This document shows, piece after piece, positions 38,311-53,129 of a DNA stretch of 64,000 bases. Position numbers and translations under genes: made by a program. The notes beneath the pieces were generated by a model. That model made no database searches, was not told where the DNA came from, and saw nothing but the letters and a program-made list of their open reading frames with translations. Source of the DNA: Octopus bimaculoides (taxonomy: Eukaryota); NCBI RefSeq assembly GCF_001194135.2, contig NC_068990.1, forward strand, positions 72,675,465 to 72,739,464, given 5' to 3'. Within the stretch, counting starts at the first letter, position 1, and each line of letters opens with the position of its first letter.

Positions 38311-41300
38311 AATGAATAATAAGCATGGCATCTGAGAAATAAGGTATTGCATTCACAACAAATAATGAAATACTTTCCATGGGGTTGAAATGTCTATTAA
38401 GAAAAACCATTGCCACCACCAACACTACCATAATCGCCATTGCCTCTATTTGACCACAAACTTTGTTTTTTTTTATCACAAATAAAATGCAAGATAAATT
38501 TGGTTTTTGTTTTTTCTTCCCATTATATTTGTAACAGACTTAGCAGAGTGCATACACACACACACACATACACTGTACACTTGCTATAAAACTTGATATC
38601 AAAACATTCCAGTGTTTAAATACTGACTGCTTAAGCTGAAATAAGTTGCTGTAATTGTCAAGAACACAGTCAAATAACATTATTATTGGAAATATCAAGT
38701 GAAGAAGAAAGAAAGAACCAAAGGAGACAAAAACAGAGAGAGAGAGAGAGAGGAGGGAGAGATAGAGATAGAGAAAGAGAGAGGAGGGACGGAGAAGAGA
38801 GAGAGAGAGAGAGAGCTTGATTTTTCTAAAGTTATTTACATTATAAATAAAACTATAATTACAATGAAAAGAAAACACTAACGAATTTAATAGAACACAG
38901 TAAAAAAAAAATAAATATAAATATAGTAAGAAAAATATTTATAGTATTTATAGTTATGTCGTGTTAATTATGTATTATAAATATTAACTTTGGGGAAATT
39001 AAACTAAGATAATGAAGAAAAATAAATTACTTTCCCTGTCTCAGACATTATTAAATTTTGTGTGTGTGTGCATGTGTGTGTGTGCGTGTGTGCTTGTGTG
39101 TGTATGTGTGAATGTGTGAAACAGAGTAATTTACACAACCCTAGGAAACACCTTCAACGTTTGGGAAAATTCTAAGTTGCTCCCCTTTTACCAATAGAAT
39201 CAAGTTATTTTTCATGCCAAATCTATGAAATATTACAAATAACAGGTTTATTATTTTCTGTATCAAAACATTTAATTAGATTAAATTAAATTAAAAAAAC
39301 AAAAAGAAAATGGTCCATTTATGCTCTTAACCTACCATCTAAAAAATACTTTATTGATAGAAAGGAAAAAAAAACAAAGAAAAAATATATTCAGTTTATG
39401 AGGTCGAAAAATTTTTTTTCAAAAATGTTTAAAATCAAAAGAAATAATAATTAAGCATTATAAATCATATTTCTAAAATTAAATATTAATTTTCAAAACA
39501 GTTTTTCATAATATAAAGGTGTATAAATTAAAAATGAATTGAAATTACATTAGCCACCACCACTCCTCATCCAACTCTACATGATATTGCTAAATGAATA
39601 ATTAAACAAAAACTAAGATTGAAACGTGAAACAAAATAAATGTTTTGGTGATGGGTGTCATTCTTTTCATACTTTGCTTGCTAATTACTTAAAATTAGTG
39701 TGAGAATTATTAATTGTTTTAACAAAGTTAAACTTGATTAAAGTTTTCAGGGTAATACCTAATTCCCATATTGGCTTTATTTAAGCCTACTATTCACAAT
39801 GTTATATATAGGTAATACTTGTAAATTAAGATAAACAATAACAGCAACAAAATAAAAAGAAAAATAAGAAGCTTATAAGAGATAAACTTCCACACATTCT
39901 AGTAAGAATGCTTATCTAAGAATAGAAGCTGCTAAAGGGTTACTAAAAGGCTATATAACTAACTGTAAGCGCATGTATGTTTGTGTGCGTATGTATATGT
40001 TGCATGCATACATACTATACAACACATGTACCTTCAGCTAAAACTAATTTGCTTGTGACCTCATTTCTTTTGTAACTAGAGTAACTCTGATATGTGGCTG
40101 TTTATTACTGATAAACAGTAAGTTTGCAAAGCTGCATACGCATGCAAACAACACAGAATTTTTCTGACAATTGGTAGCTATCATTTCTATGAATCTTTCC
40201 CACAGTCGTTGCTCTAATTACTGCATGTATGTAAACCGAAAAGAAAAAAAAAAATTGAATTTTCTACTCATACTTTTTTATGGAACTTGGAGGAAAATAA
40301 GTTTGTAATGGAATGTATATCTTACTAAATGTACTGTTCTTATTATTTCATAATAAAGCAGTGTTGTCTTTTTGGTGTGATTACTACAACATAAGCCTAA
40401 ATAAAGTCTATAAACAGTAGTGTTTATGATAGGAACAAAATGAAAGGAAAAAACTAAAAATATATTAACAGATCATTAAATCTCCACAGAAATAGACTGA
40501 TCAGGAAACATTGATTACAGAATGAAGTTACTTGAATAAACTGTAACTATAAACTATAAATAACTACAAAATAATAGTAACATACTGTAAATAACTTAGC
40601 TTTAAAAATGTTCTTCCAATTTCTAAACATCTTAACCATAAATATAACATTAATTAATTAAATCCCTGCTTTTTTTTTTTCATCATGTTTACTTTTAGTA
40701 CAAAAAAATCATTTCAAATGAAATGAGACAGAAACTAATTAACAACTCTTAAGTAATGTGTATATAATCACACACACATACATACAAAGTTCACTCATTA
40801 TACATTTTCTGAAAATCAATTACAATTTTACAATTAAAAAAGAATTATCCTTGCAGACCCAGCTAACTTTAATTTTTTTACAACCATTATTTGTTGTAAA
40901 CTTCATTAAAATAAACTTTCACCTGAAAATTCCCTCTCCCCCACCTCTCTCTCTCTCTCTGTTTCTCTCTCAGTTTGTATANNNNNNNNNNNNNNNNNNN
41001 NNNNNNNNNNNNNNNNNNNNNNNNNNNNNNNNNNNNNNNNNNNNNNNNNNNNNNNNNNNNNNNNNNNNNNNNNNNNNNNNNNNNNNNNNNNNNNNNNNNN
41101 NNNNNNNNNNNNNNNNNNNNNNNNNNNNNNNNNNNNNNNNNNNNNNNNNNNNNNNNNNNNNNNNNNNNNNNNNNNNNNNNNNNNNNNNNNNNNNNNNNNN
41201 NNNNNNNNNNNNNNNNNNNNNNNNNNNNNNNNNNNNNNNNNNNNNNNNNNNNNNNNNNNNNNNNNNNNNNNNNNNNNNNNNNNNNNNNNNNNNNNNNNNN

Positions 41301-41594
41301 NNNNNNNNNNNNNNNNNNNNNNNNNNNNNNNNNNNNNNNNNNNNNNNNNNNNNNNNNNNNNNNNNNNNNNNNNNNNNNNNNNNNNNNNNNNNNNNNNNNN
41401 NNNNNNNNNNNNNNNNNNNNNNNNNNNNNNNNNNNNNNNNNNNNNNNNNNNNNNNNNNNNNNNNNNNNAAACTATTTCCTGTATGCTAAAAGTTAGGTAT
41501 AATAAAATAAATGCCACAGCTCTTCAAGCATCATAATGACAGAGGTGGTAAAAAAAAAAAAAAGTAAACAGAAGCTGGTTACACACCCTCTTTG

Positions 41595-41629
<35 letters not shown>

Positions 41630-42069
41630 TGCATGCAAGTAACAGAAACGAGCTACTTTCTTTTTTAAGTTGGGAGGTAGCCAAAATAAATAAATAAATA
41701 ACAAAATGAATTAACACCATGGGAGAAAAAAGAAAAAAAAAACCCAGAAAAGTTAAGTATTCGTATAAAGTGAATTAATCAAATGATAATTCAAATGGAT
41801 AAAGAGCAACAAACTAAAATACATATACAACCTTACCACTTTTGAACAGCTCTAAGGCTCACCATCATACTTGGCAGTATGTAACTAATTTTCCAAAATA
41901 ACTCAACATTTCTTAACCAGCTTCTCCTCTCTCATGTTCAGCAACTCAAACTGCCTCATGGTAGGGGAAGGAAGTAAACACACACACACACACAAATAAA
42001 CAAAACAAGTATTTCATTAACTAAGGATAGAAGAGAAACCTCTTCCTTATAAGTTATCTAGTTACATAT

Positions 42070-42120
<51 letters not shown>

Positions 42121-42614
42121 CACACCACCATCAGCAGGAGCAGTAATAGATAGAAACAGCAGCAGCTATGGTTTTGGTAGTGGTGGATTTGCGAAGTTAA
42201 AGTAGATGGAAACAGGAAACTTATCTATTTCAAGGGCAGGAAGGACAGCATTTATTCCCACCTAGAAAATGCTTCAACAGTGACGGACTACTGCAGAAGT
42301 AGTGGTAATATGAAATCCATGTACATGATGCTTAAGAGTATGTGTGTGTGTGCACACAGTTATATTAATTTATCAGATCTTCAAATAGTTTGCAATTTTT
42401 TTTCTTTTTTTTTTTTATATTTCCCAGTGAAATTATTTCAACCTCTGTTAGATTCATATTTGAGGTGTTCTTCAAAATGCCTATTACAACATGCACTGCT
42501 AGTGACTAGAAATTAAAACATGCCAAGTTTTTTGAGCGCTAGAATATATAAAAACGATATTCACAAATTATAATGAACTAGCATATATATATATATACAT
42601 AATGTGTGCGTGTG

Positions 42615-42960
42615 CAGGTATGGTTGTGTGATAAGAAGTTTGTTTCCCAACCACATGGTTTTGGGTTCAGTCCCACGGCATGGCACCTTGGACAAGTGTT
42701 TTTTTACGATTGCTTCAGGCTGACCAAAGCCTTGTAACAGGATTTGCTAGACAGAAGTTGAAAGCGGCCTATTATGCATATATCTATACGTATATATGCA
42801 CACATATACATATATGTGTGTGCATGTATTTGTTTGACCCCCACCCCTCAGTGCTGGTGTGTTCATGTCACTGTAATTTAGAGTATTGGCAAAAGAGACT
42901 AACCAGGTTTTATAGAAATATTAGGTCTGGGGTTGATTTGTATGACTAAAATGAGTGGAA
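42615..42960 (+). mobile_element. tRNA-derived SINE, family A, degenerate
   Basis: tgtgataagaagtttgtttcccaaccacatggttttgggttcagtcccacggcatggcaccttggacaagtg head. Confidence 0.75.
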
Positions 42961-42975
42961 GGATAAAAGATATGA

Positions 42976-43006
<31 letters not shown>

Positions 43007-44374
43007 CTGTGTGTGTAGTCTAACCCACAGGCACACATATACATGAAAATCCCCACCCCCCCAAAAAACCAAGTAAATCAACCCATCGTCACTTTTAGCA
43101 ATGAGTAATGCAGTTGTTTAATTAAGATCTATAGAACACACTGAGTTGTTGCGTAAGGGGGTGAGTATTCCACAGACATGGAATGTAAATCTTTGGTCAA
43201 ATAAGCTTGACACAACACATGACAAGGCTGGCCCTTTGAAATATATGTACAGTTCATATGATGAGATTCCACAGAGTTTGGAGTTGACCCTCAAGGGTTA
43301 ACTTTTATAAGATACCATGTAGTGGAATCATATACGATATACATCCATGATGATATGCACATATGTATGTACATCACACGTATATACATGAGCACGAGTG
43401 TACATATATGCACACACATACACACAATAGGCAAATACACACACACACACACACACATACATACACATATAATTAATTACCCACTGGAATCAATGATGAG
43501 CATTCTGGTGTCTGATCAAATGAATTCCTACTTGTGACATTAATGTGCAGGCAGTCCACCAGACACGTGCAACCACAATGGAAATCTCAAGCTGAATCAG
43601 CGGGACACTATACATGACAAAGCTGGTCCTTTGGATTTCAGGTATGTGTGTGTGAGTGACAGAAAGCGAGAGAGAAAGCGGTGGGAAGAAGAGAATGGGA
43701 AAGATAAAGGAAAAAATTTACCTTAGTAATGGATGGTACTTTTTTTTTTTATTTACGCAAATTGGAAAAAAAAAAAAATGTAAAGCAAGCTAACCTCAAT
43801 GAACTGAAAATGCAGAGAAGTGGAGCAAATACTGCAAGGTATTCTATCCAACAGCTTAGTGATTCTGCTAATTCTGCACCCCATATATATAAATACACAC
43901 ACAATTATACACACACATGCATGCATTATGCATACATACAGATGCCCATCCCACCGTATGTGAGTATGGAGTGCTGAAAATCTTACAATAACACAAAATT
44001 AATTTTCCCATTGTCATGTAGTAAAATGAGAATGCATCCTGCTGGATTTAAAAAAAAAAATTTACAAGCAACAGAACCACTTTTATACATGAAAACAATG
44101 TTGTACACTACATATATGTATATAAAAACATTTGAAGAGAAATACGTAACGAAATAAATCAGTATCAAAATACTGATTTCAAATTCTGACACAAGGACAG
44201 CAATTAGCACTCAACTGGTATTTATTTTATCGACTCCAAGCAGATGAAAGGCAAAGTGGACTTCGGTGAAATTTGAACTTAGAACATGAGCATGGATGAA
44301 ATGTCACTAAACATTTCACTTGACACGCTAATGATTCTGCCAACTGGCCACCTTAATAAGAATCATAATATTAT

Positions 44375-45800
44375 AACCAGGTATGTTCTTACCACGTAAA
44401 CTTTGTTGACTACTATGTGAAGGGTGGTAGTGGTGAATGGAGAGTTACTGTGAGTATGAAGGGCACTATCTTCTACAGTATAGTTCATCACCAACATCTG
44501 CTTGAAAGGTGATTAGGGTTGTTAACAGCAAAACCTGGCAGGCCTTTCTCTATCAATGTCAACCCTTTTGCAACATCCTACGCAGTCACTTTAAATGGAG
44601 TTGGTGAGATTTCCATATTCGCATTCGTATTCTCAGACTGTTCTTCCTCTAATAGCATCACCTTTGTGTCAGATTAACTTAATGGACACTAGCAACTTGA
44701 CCACATCATGCTCTTCAAACCCTACAGGAGTTACAATATCTTTCCAAATCTGATGCAGATTTTCTGCTAGTGGAGAACTTGTAAAGTTACAGATATATGT
44801 ATCTGGTCATATATTTTTCCAAGCAGCATTCAGAGCTGAGCGTTTCACTTTATCTCACCACTCAGCTTTAGGTTTATCCTCCCTGTCAGTTCCTTTCAGA
44901 AGTTGTTTGAAAATTTCTTCTTTGTTTGAAATTTCTTCTTGAAGTAAGGAGTCTCACCCAAATACAATGGCGAGAACAAAGAAGTCATACTCTTGGAAAT
45001 ATATTCTACCGTCACATGACCATAGGTTATGTAGATAACTTCACAAATACACAAACGTTGACTAAGAGGAGCAATACTTTGCTGGAAATATTATGTCTGG
45101 CCCTGTGCCTTTCTACAGAAGGGCAAATAAATGTTAGTAAACCACTCCTTAAAATGGCTCTTAGTTATTTATGCTTTCTTAATGTGAACACCCAATCAGA
45201 AGCAAATTAACCTTTGCTAGAAAGCTCTTAGATTTTTGGAGTGGTAAGTAAGTTGCGACTTCAACTTTATATCAACAGTAGCCTGTACTCCTAAAAAAAA
45301 AGCGCTAGATGACTTTTGGAAGTAGTAAATCCTAGTGTTAATTTTTCTTCAATAAATAAAAATTCTAACAAGTATGAACTTCTACAAAAATGTATACTTG
45401 CTCTGGAGTATAGCCCACTAGCTACTCAGGGTAACCAGACGTAACCTTTGTATCAGAACTAGTAGCTTCACTGATCGTTTATATGTTGTGCAAAATCAGG
45501 CTCTTCTAGATATTACTAACCATATGAGATTTTCCATTAGATGTTTCAGCTTTCTTTTTCTGGAAATCATCATAAAACTTTTGGCATTTCTTTCTTAATT
45601 ACCATTATGCTTATTGGTACACTCAAGCCTGATCATCAATTCATACAAACAACAACCATCCCTCTTTAAGCATCGCATTGAATCATTAAAAAAAAAAAGG
45701 ACTGGGCAGTTAAGTAACTTCTTTGGCACTTGGCTTAATTTTGTTTCTTTTGTCATATGTTTCCACAGCTGGCATTGCAAATTCTAATGTCTTGGTCATG
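44375..45800 (-). mobile_element. Decayed Tigger/pogo-like DNA transposon (transposase pseudogene)
   Basis: Minus-strand remnants in the expected order: WIDDQA-like..VPISIMVIK, LHNI...EATSSDTK..GYPE..GYTPEQVY, FKQLLKGTDREDKP, DKVKRSALNAAWKNI*PD, VGFEEHDVVKLLVS, LTLIEKGLPGFAVNNPN. These resemble Tigger/TIGD1-type transposases. Many stops and frameshifts; boundaries approximate. Confidence 0.75.
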
Positions 45801-46279
45801 TGGCTGATTCTTTTCCTCCAGCAGTAAGCCTTTTTAAATTATAAAGTTAAGTCTTTTATGGTTCCTTTTCACATGACTATCTTCAGTCCCATTTGATAGG
45901 TTCCTTCCCAATGTCTCGAATTGTAGGTAAATCCAACAGCAGCAGTGATCAACAATTATCCACAATGGATATGTATTAAGAAAAATAGCACCAGGAAAGA
46001 ACTGCTTTGTGAGAGCAAAAAGAATCATCTTATTCTTTTGGATGTAAGAATGAAAATAAGATAAAAGGGTGAAGGAATTTAGATGGGACAAAGTATTGTA
46101 TGATTTCTTGCTGAAGGATTACCAGCTTCACCAGTCATACTTCTTACTTGAGTCATAAAAACATCAGATTCTCCCCACACAAACTCCATTGTGTTGATAC
46201 ATAACACATGTAGCTACAGATATAAACAAAATACATACATNNNNNNNNNNNNNNNNNNNNNNNNNNNNNNNNNNNNNNN

Positions 46280-46319
<40 letters not shown>

Positions 46320-47150
46320 ACAAATATGCATAAGAAACAAATAGATGCTCAATGTGACCCAAGAAAACATATACAAACACATAAATATTCACAGTGAAAA
46401 CTTCTGCATCACAGTGTAGGTTTTTGTAGTGATGCATCTACAAACACTTGTAGACACTCACAAAATGTGAGTGTGTATGTGTGTGTGCGCGCGTGCACAT
46501 GCGTGCATGTAAGTATGACAATTATAGTTTCTAGAATTGCTAGCAAGAACCCCCCCACCCCAAAAAAAAGAAACCTTTAGGCTAAGAAGAAAGATTAGTT
46601 TTTAAATTCTTAAAATCCGTGTGAGTCTTTCTAAGAGCAAAATTACAGACCATATCCAGAAATTAGTGGTTATACTTTACAATTCTTCTAACCTAACACA
46701 GCCATTATGTGAGTGAGTGTGAAGGTACATGGTCCAGTAGTTAGGGTGTTGCTCTCATGATTGCAAGATTGTGTAATGGATTCCCAGACCATGCAGTGTA
46801 TTATGTTCTTGATCAAAACACCTCATTTTGTATTGCTTCAGTCCACTCAGGTGTAAATGAATAACCTTGCAACAGTCTAGTTTTCCAATCAGGGGGAATG
46901 TTGGCCTATCACCTAGACAGCAAGGTGGCATCATTCGAAAGCTAAAATGATGCAAAACGCATTGTGAGCAGTGATGAATAACAACTTCCAATAATGTGGT
47001 TAATCACACGATTATATATTATACATACACACATATTAGTAAATGAATGACAAAAAAAACAGGAGTTATGTTATCACCTTCATCAGCTTAGAGTTGTTCT
47101 GGTGATAAGAAATCATGTGCCCAGAGTTGTGTGTTAGTATATTATAAGCA

Positions 47151-47438
47151 AACTGAAATTTAACAACTGGTTATTGATACATTTATGGCAAAATTGAATA
47201 TACATATATAGATAACTTCACATATGCACAAACATTATCTAGATGGTTCTGGGTCCTTTTCAACTCAAGGACTCAAGTGTTTCATGACCAGAATTACCTA
47301 ATTCATAGGCAGAAACAGCATGATATCAATTTGTGAGAAGTCAGAGAATTACATGTGCAATACATTTGACAGGCTTCTGCCAACCCAGTTTCAATCACAG
47401 AATATAGGTCAAACTGAAGTTTAACAACTGGCAAAATG

Positions 47439-47475
<37 letters not shown>

Positions 47476-48108
47476 TGTGTGGTAAGTAGCTTGCTTACCA
47501 ACCACATGGTTCCAGGTTCAGTCCCACTGCATGGCATCTTGGGCAGGTGCTTTCTACTATAGCCTTCGGCCGACTACAGCCTTGTGAGTGGATTTGGTAG
47601 ACGCAAACTGAAAGAAGCCCATCGTATACACATGTGTGTATGTGTGTGTGTGTATGTTTGTGTGTCTGTCTCCACCAGAATCGCTTGACAACCAATGCTG
47701 GTGTGTTTACGTCCCTGTAACTTAGCGGTTTGACAAAAGAGACTGATAAAATAAGTACTTGGCTTACAAAGAATAAGTCTTGGGTGGATTTGCTCGACTA
47801 AAGGTGGTGCTTCAGCATGGCCACAGTCAAATGATAGAAACAGATAAAAGAATATATATAAAATAGGTTATGTAGATAACTTCACAAATACATCAAACAT
47901 CATGTGGATGGTACTGAGTCCTTTTCAACAATAAAGATTCAAGTGTTTCATGACCAGAATTACCTGCTTATTATATCAGTGTATCAAGATAATTCATAGG
48001 CAGAACCAGCATGACACAATTTGTGAGAAGTCAGTGCCTTTGAATTACATGTGCAATCCATTTGACAGGCTTCTGCCAACCTAGTTTCAATCACAAAATA
48101 TAGGTCAA
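47151..48108. repeat. Local tandem duplication of a 261-bp unit; second copy interrupted by (AT)n plus a SINE
   Basis: Unit 1 is 47151-47411. Unit 2 starts at 47412 (aactgaagtttaacaactgg) and resumes at about 47863-48108. Shared caagtgtttcatgaccagaattacc, aatttgtgagaagtcag and tttgacaggcttctgccaacc. Confidence 0.85.
47472..47852 (+). mobile_element. Full-length tRNA-derived SINE, family A
   Basis: ggctgtgtggtaag..caaccacatggttccaggttcagtcccactg head, (TG)n middle, gtgcttcagcatggccacagtcaaatga tail. Confidence 0.9.
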
Positions 48109-48698
48109 CCCAAGAAGCTATTGAATGGAAACAAACCAAAGATCTCGTGGTTCCGAAACAAACTTCTTTACCATTCAGCATAAACACCACACGCACACCC
48201 ACACAATACATGTAACGGAAGCTTAGAAGAATATAATTTGATCTCGATGTAAAGCTATAAAAGTGAGATGATGGTTTTTGTGCTTGTATGTTTTCAAATA
48301 TGCTGGAGTCTTTCGAACGGCAGTGTGTGATATCCCTTGTAAACTAGCCTACTTAACAAAATAATAATAATAATAACGATGATGATGAAGATGATGATGA
48401 TGATGATGCTGTGGCAAAGTCAACTGTGAAAAACAGGGCACTAGTTCACCTTGATGTTGGTGCAGACACACCTCCTAGTCCATTGACCACTTGCAAGGAG
48501 AAAAATTACTCAAGTTCATGCAAGACAGGATGTCCCTTTTAATGTTTCCCTGACCTCAATTTTAACATACATACACTACATGAATTTGATTGGGTGTAAA
48601 GTAGGTAAGGTGGGAGAGGCCAAGATAAGTGAACAGTAGGGGAGGGACACTTAGAGAACTGGTAGGGGAGGGCCAGTAATAGAAATAGAAATAAAAGA

Positions 48699-48754
<56 letters not shown>

Positions 48755-48988
48755 AAGAGTAAAAAAAGAAAAGATGAGAAAAAGAAAAAGCTTGCAAAAC
48801 CTCCCCAAATGTCAAATAATATGAGTAATGTGAAGATTCCAGCAAAAGAATTCAGTGAAAATTTGATAATGAAACCATGTCAACTATTGAAGTGACAATG
48901 AAATCAGCTATTCAGAAACCTAACTCATATGAAAGTAACAGAAAAAAAAAAGACATCAGAAAAGCCTAAGTTGTATCATTATTATTAC

Positions 48989-49029
<41 letters not shown>

Positions 49030-49783
49030 TCTTTTTTTTTTCTTTTTTTTTTTGAAAGGAAGAAAAAAAAGAAAGGTTTCTAACAGATAACAACTGGCAG
49101 TTATATTTAATTAGATACATGATTGATGAAGTAGAGTTGTACAAACGATAACAGAAAGCAAGGAACAACACCCAGGGTTTACTTTTAAATACTAAGAGAG
49201 GATTAAAAAAAAAAGGTTTCTTCTTTTTTGTTTTAAATCTCATTTTTTTTTTTTTTATGAACCCCTAATGGATGAAAGAAACTCAAAAATCACCTGCATG
49301 TATATATATAAAAATAAAACATGTAAGAAATCTAATACAAACTAATATGAATCAGGGAGAGTGAGAGGGAGGCAGAGAAAGAAAGATGCAGTACAAAATA
49401 CTGCAATACACTTATGTGCAGTCACATAAAAAAGAAAAGTCTTGTAAAATCTCCGGGAATATAAAACTGAGGAACTAATTGAGTGAAATTTGGTCGATGG
49501 AAACTGTATAGAAATCTGTATGCGTGTGTGCATGCAGAAGAGGTGTGCATGCGTATCTGTCCAAGTGTGTGATTTGCGTTCACACATTGCTTATGTCTCC
49601 CATAAACAGAACATCCAGCAGCGTTTCAACATGCAAAGGCATGGAATAAAGTACCATACACAATAAATAAAGGCTGGTATCATCAGAAAGGGCATCCACT
49701 GATAGAATTACGATTCAAGAAATGTTATGCAGCCCATGCGAGGATGGATGGAAAACAAAAAGGGGAATAAAAATAAAATGAAC

Positions 49784-49814
<31 letters not shown>

Positions 49815-50604
49815 GAAAAAGTCAAAGAAGTACGTTTTTACTATAATGATAATAAGCAAGTGAAGTTTTGTGGAGCAGCTACAATACAAAATAACTACAT
49901 TTAAAATTTTCTAAAATATTACCACTTCAATTCATTTGAGTAAAAACTCTTCAAAGTGATGCCCCAGCATGGCCACAGTCTAATGACTGACACAAGTAAA
50001 AAGATAAAGGATAAAAATATCACTGTTATGCTTTGCTGTAAAACTGACGATTGCCTGGCATCTACTAAAATGCAAATGCCAATAAGATCGAACTTCAGAT
50101 ACAGAAACATTTGGTACACCTGCACATCTATATAGCTGTATGTACACCTCTACTGTAATAAGTTAAATAAATGTATACATACAAATACAAAGCATAATTG
50201 GTCAGGTTAAGATGCCGAACAGCTGGGAACATGGTGCTGAGTTCAAATTCTATTGGAACCATGATGTTTTGCCCTCAAACAATGCAGATAACTCTGCTTC
50301 CTATAGCTCGCCTGACAATAAGTGGGTGCATAGACGTTAAAAGGTGGTGGTGGAGAGATTCCAATCATGTAAATCCATGCACGGACATGATTTCTTTATA
50401 AGGATGAACACAAATGTGTGTGTGCGTAGTTTTATTTATAATATATATATATATATATATATATACATAAACATAAGTCCTTTTCCAACTTGTAGAGAAA
50501 TTAAAAATATGTATTTTGTGATAGTCCAATTTGAATTAATTCCTTCAGCTCCACTTTTATGAATATGCATGTGTTTAAACATCCATTTTCATTATTTTCT
50601 AGGG

Positions 50605-50790
50605 AAAAGCAGCAAGCTGGCAAAATCATTAGCATGCCGGACAAAATGCTTAGTGGCATTTCACCCATCTTCAAGTAATGAGTTCAAATTCTAACAAGGG
50701 TAGCCTTTCCATAAAATAAGTACCAGTTGAACATTGGGGTTGATGTGACTTTCACTACCCACCAAAATTTCAAGATTTGTGCATATAGAA
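50605..50790 (+). mobile_element. tRNA-derived SINE, family B
   Basis: agctggcaaaatcattagcatgccggacaaaatgcttagtggc...gagttcaaattc...aataagtaccagttg. Another degenerate copy is at about 50200-50330. Confidence 0.75.
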
Positions 50791-53053
50791 AAAAAAAATT
50801 ATTCTGTCTATGGAGAGAGGTAAGAATTAAGAAATCTTTCTGGTTTCCACCAGATAGTTGAGGCTGATACAGTCGAGTTTTGTCGGATAAAATAATGGAA
50901 AAGAGGGCCCAAAGAGTTTCAGATGGTTGTGGTTTGAGGAAAGCTTTTAATACAGAATCAAACTGGTGCATGAGGTAAAGAGCAAAGGTAATGATAATAG
51001 TTGAGGAAAATGCAGCAGTAAAATGGATTGGGTTGGACACCAAACAGTATACATGGTCGTATTTTACACACTGATTATAATAACGGTAGAAAAGATAGAG
51101 AAAAGAACACACCATGATTGTGTGTTTACAGCTGTAACATGTCAGTGATCAGATGGGTTGCCAATCAGTTAATTGGGTCACTTTTTTTGAGGTTGTTGTT
51201 GCTGCTGTTCAGGATGCAACCTGGAATACTTTTGAGCATGAGGTAGCTGAACTATTCTAGAAATGTGAGCAATACACTAATGTGGGGGTACACTTCAGCC
51301 TAGCAGGGAATCAGAAAAACCCAAGATCTTAAGTACTTATGTACATATAGAGCTGCTGAAGTATTTACACACACACACACACACACAAAGAGTCTATGAA
51401 TGTGCATATAGTTTCATAGAAACTATTAAGTGTGTGTGTGTGTGTATATCTCATATATTATTTGTATTATTATATACATACATATATATATATATATCTA
51501 TATATATANNNNNNNNNNNNNNNNNNNNNNNNNNNNNNNNNNNNNNNNNNNNNNNNNNNNNNNNNNNNNNNNNNNNNNNNNNNNNNNNNNNNNNNNNNNN
51601 NNNNNNNNNNNNNNNNNNNNNNNNNNNNNNNNNNNNNNNNNNNNNNNNNNNNNNNNNNTATAGCATTCACACTAATGCATTCAAGAACACTGTGTATTGA
51701 TGGGTGTAAAAATATATATGAAATAAATGTATGAATATATAATCATCACCAGCATTTAACACACATTTTCTATCCTGGCATGTGTGTGTGTGTGTATACA
51801 GACACACACACACACACACAGAAATACATAGATAGATAGATATGTACACACACAGAAGTTCATAGCTTTTATTCAATAAAAAAAAAAAAATCACCATATA
51901 AGGGATGATCAAGTTGTTTCATGAAAACTCTTCAGAATGTCAAATGAGAATGCTATAAAAATGAATGTGAAAGAAGTGAAGTTAAAATGGTAATCACTAT
52001 CAGAGTATTATTATTATTACACACACATACAATAAATATATGCATGTGCATGTGAATATTAGGGCTGTACCAATCTGATTTGGCAAGGTTTCTACAGCTG
52101 GATGCACTTCCAAACACCAACCACTCCAAGAATGTAGTGGGTGCTTTTTATGTGCCACTGACATGTGGGCCAGTCAGGCGGTACTGGCATTGGCCACAAC
52201 AATGATTTCACTTGACACTCTCTCTCTCTATATATATATGCTTATATGTATTTAAATGATTTAAGGGACACAGGCTCAAACACAGAAACATATATAATAC
52301 ATCACTCAAGTATAAAGATTTTCCTCTTTCTGATGAAGAGCCATGCTCAAAACACCATTTCTGTTCCTATTTTACCATCTAAAACCTCCACTGAGTGTCA
52401 ACCTAATACATTCAGTGTGTACATCTATTTGACTTTTGTTGTTTTTTCCTGTTTTTACTTTTGATTTGCCTACATACATCCATACACACACACACACACA
52501 CACATTTTGATAAAGATAGCTATGGCCGGTTCATAGGGTTACCCAGGGTTTCGCGTCCATAAAATGCTTTGCTTTACATATGTCTCATCAGACCCTAATA
52601 GCTAGCCATTAGTGTGTGCTTCTCTTTTGGATTCATGATTTACTAATGATATATATATATATATATATATATATCTGCCAAATGCATATACACACACATG
52701 TGACAAGCTTCCACACAGTTTCCCTCTACCAAATTCCAATCAAAGTACAAAGTACTGGTCAACCCGAGGCTACAGTAAATGACATTTTCCTAAGGGGCCA
52801 CACAAAGTGGCTGATCCCAAAACCATGTGGTTGCAAAATGGCCTTCTTAACCACGAGTCCAGTTGAAGGATCATTCTACCTACTTAAGAAGTCATGAAAG
52901 ATAACAATATTTATAACCATCTGAGAAGTAATCTTTAAAAATTAACCAAGTTGCAACCTCATGTAAAACAATAAAATTTTGGCATGACAACATCGAATAA
53001 TGAAACAAATGACTTTTTTTGTTGTTGTCATTTTTGTTTTGTTTTTTAAATAC

Positions 53054-53129
53054 CTGATCATAAGATCAAAGATGATGGTGATGAAGAGAGCAACATGTGT
53101 CCATTGAATTGTTGGATAAATTAAAGTTG
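53054..53129 (-). CDS. Candidate 76-nt exon with a transmembrane-like segment: xTLIYPTIQWTHVALFITIIFDLMI(R/S)
   Basis: Strong donor atcag|gtattt and acceptor ttgttcttataactctaag (AAG, weaker). Open phase 1 to phase 2. Confidence 0.3.

Noticed and set aside
41830-41970. Minus-strand FELLNMREEKLVKKC peptide near a gtaagg donor
   Set aside because: It is better explained as a decayed RTE C-terminal remnant (xxRMxEExxVKKC-like), and the frame stops before the donor.
50030-50140. CCKTDDC resembling the Ly6/three-finger C-terminal motif
   Set aside because: It lacks the conserved Asn and the upstream cysteines, has no acceptor, and the frame begins in a SINE tail.
50684-51115. Longest gap-free ORF (143 aa, minus)
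   Set aside because: It runs antisense into a family B SINE and across what looks like a degenerate LINE 3' remnant (VEADT-like on plus). No splice or homology support.
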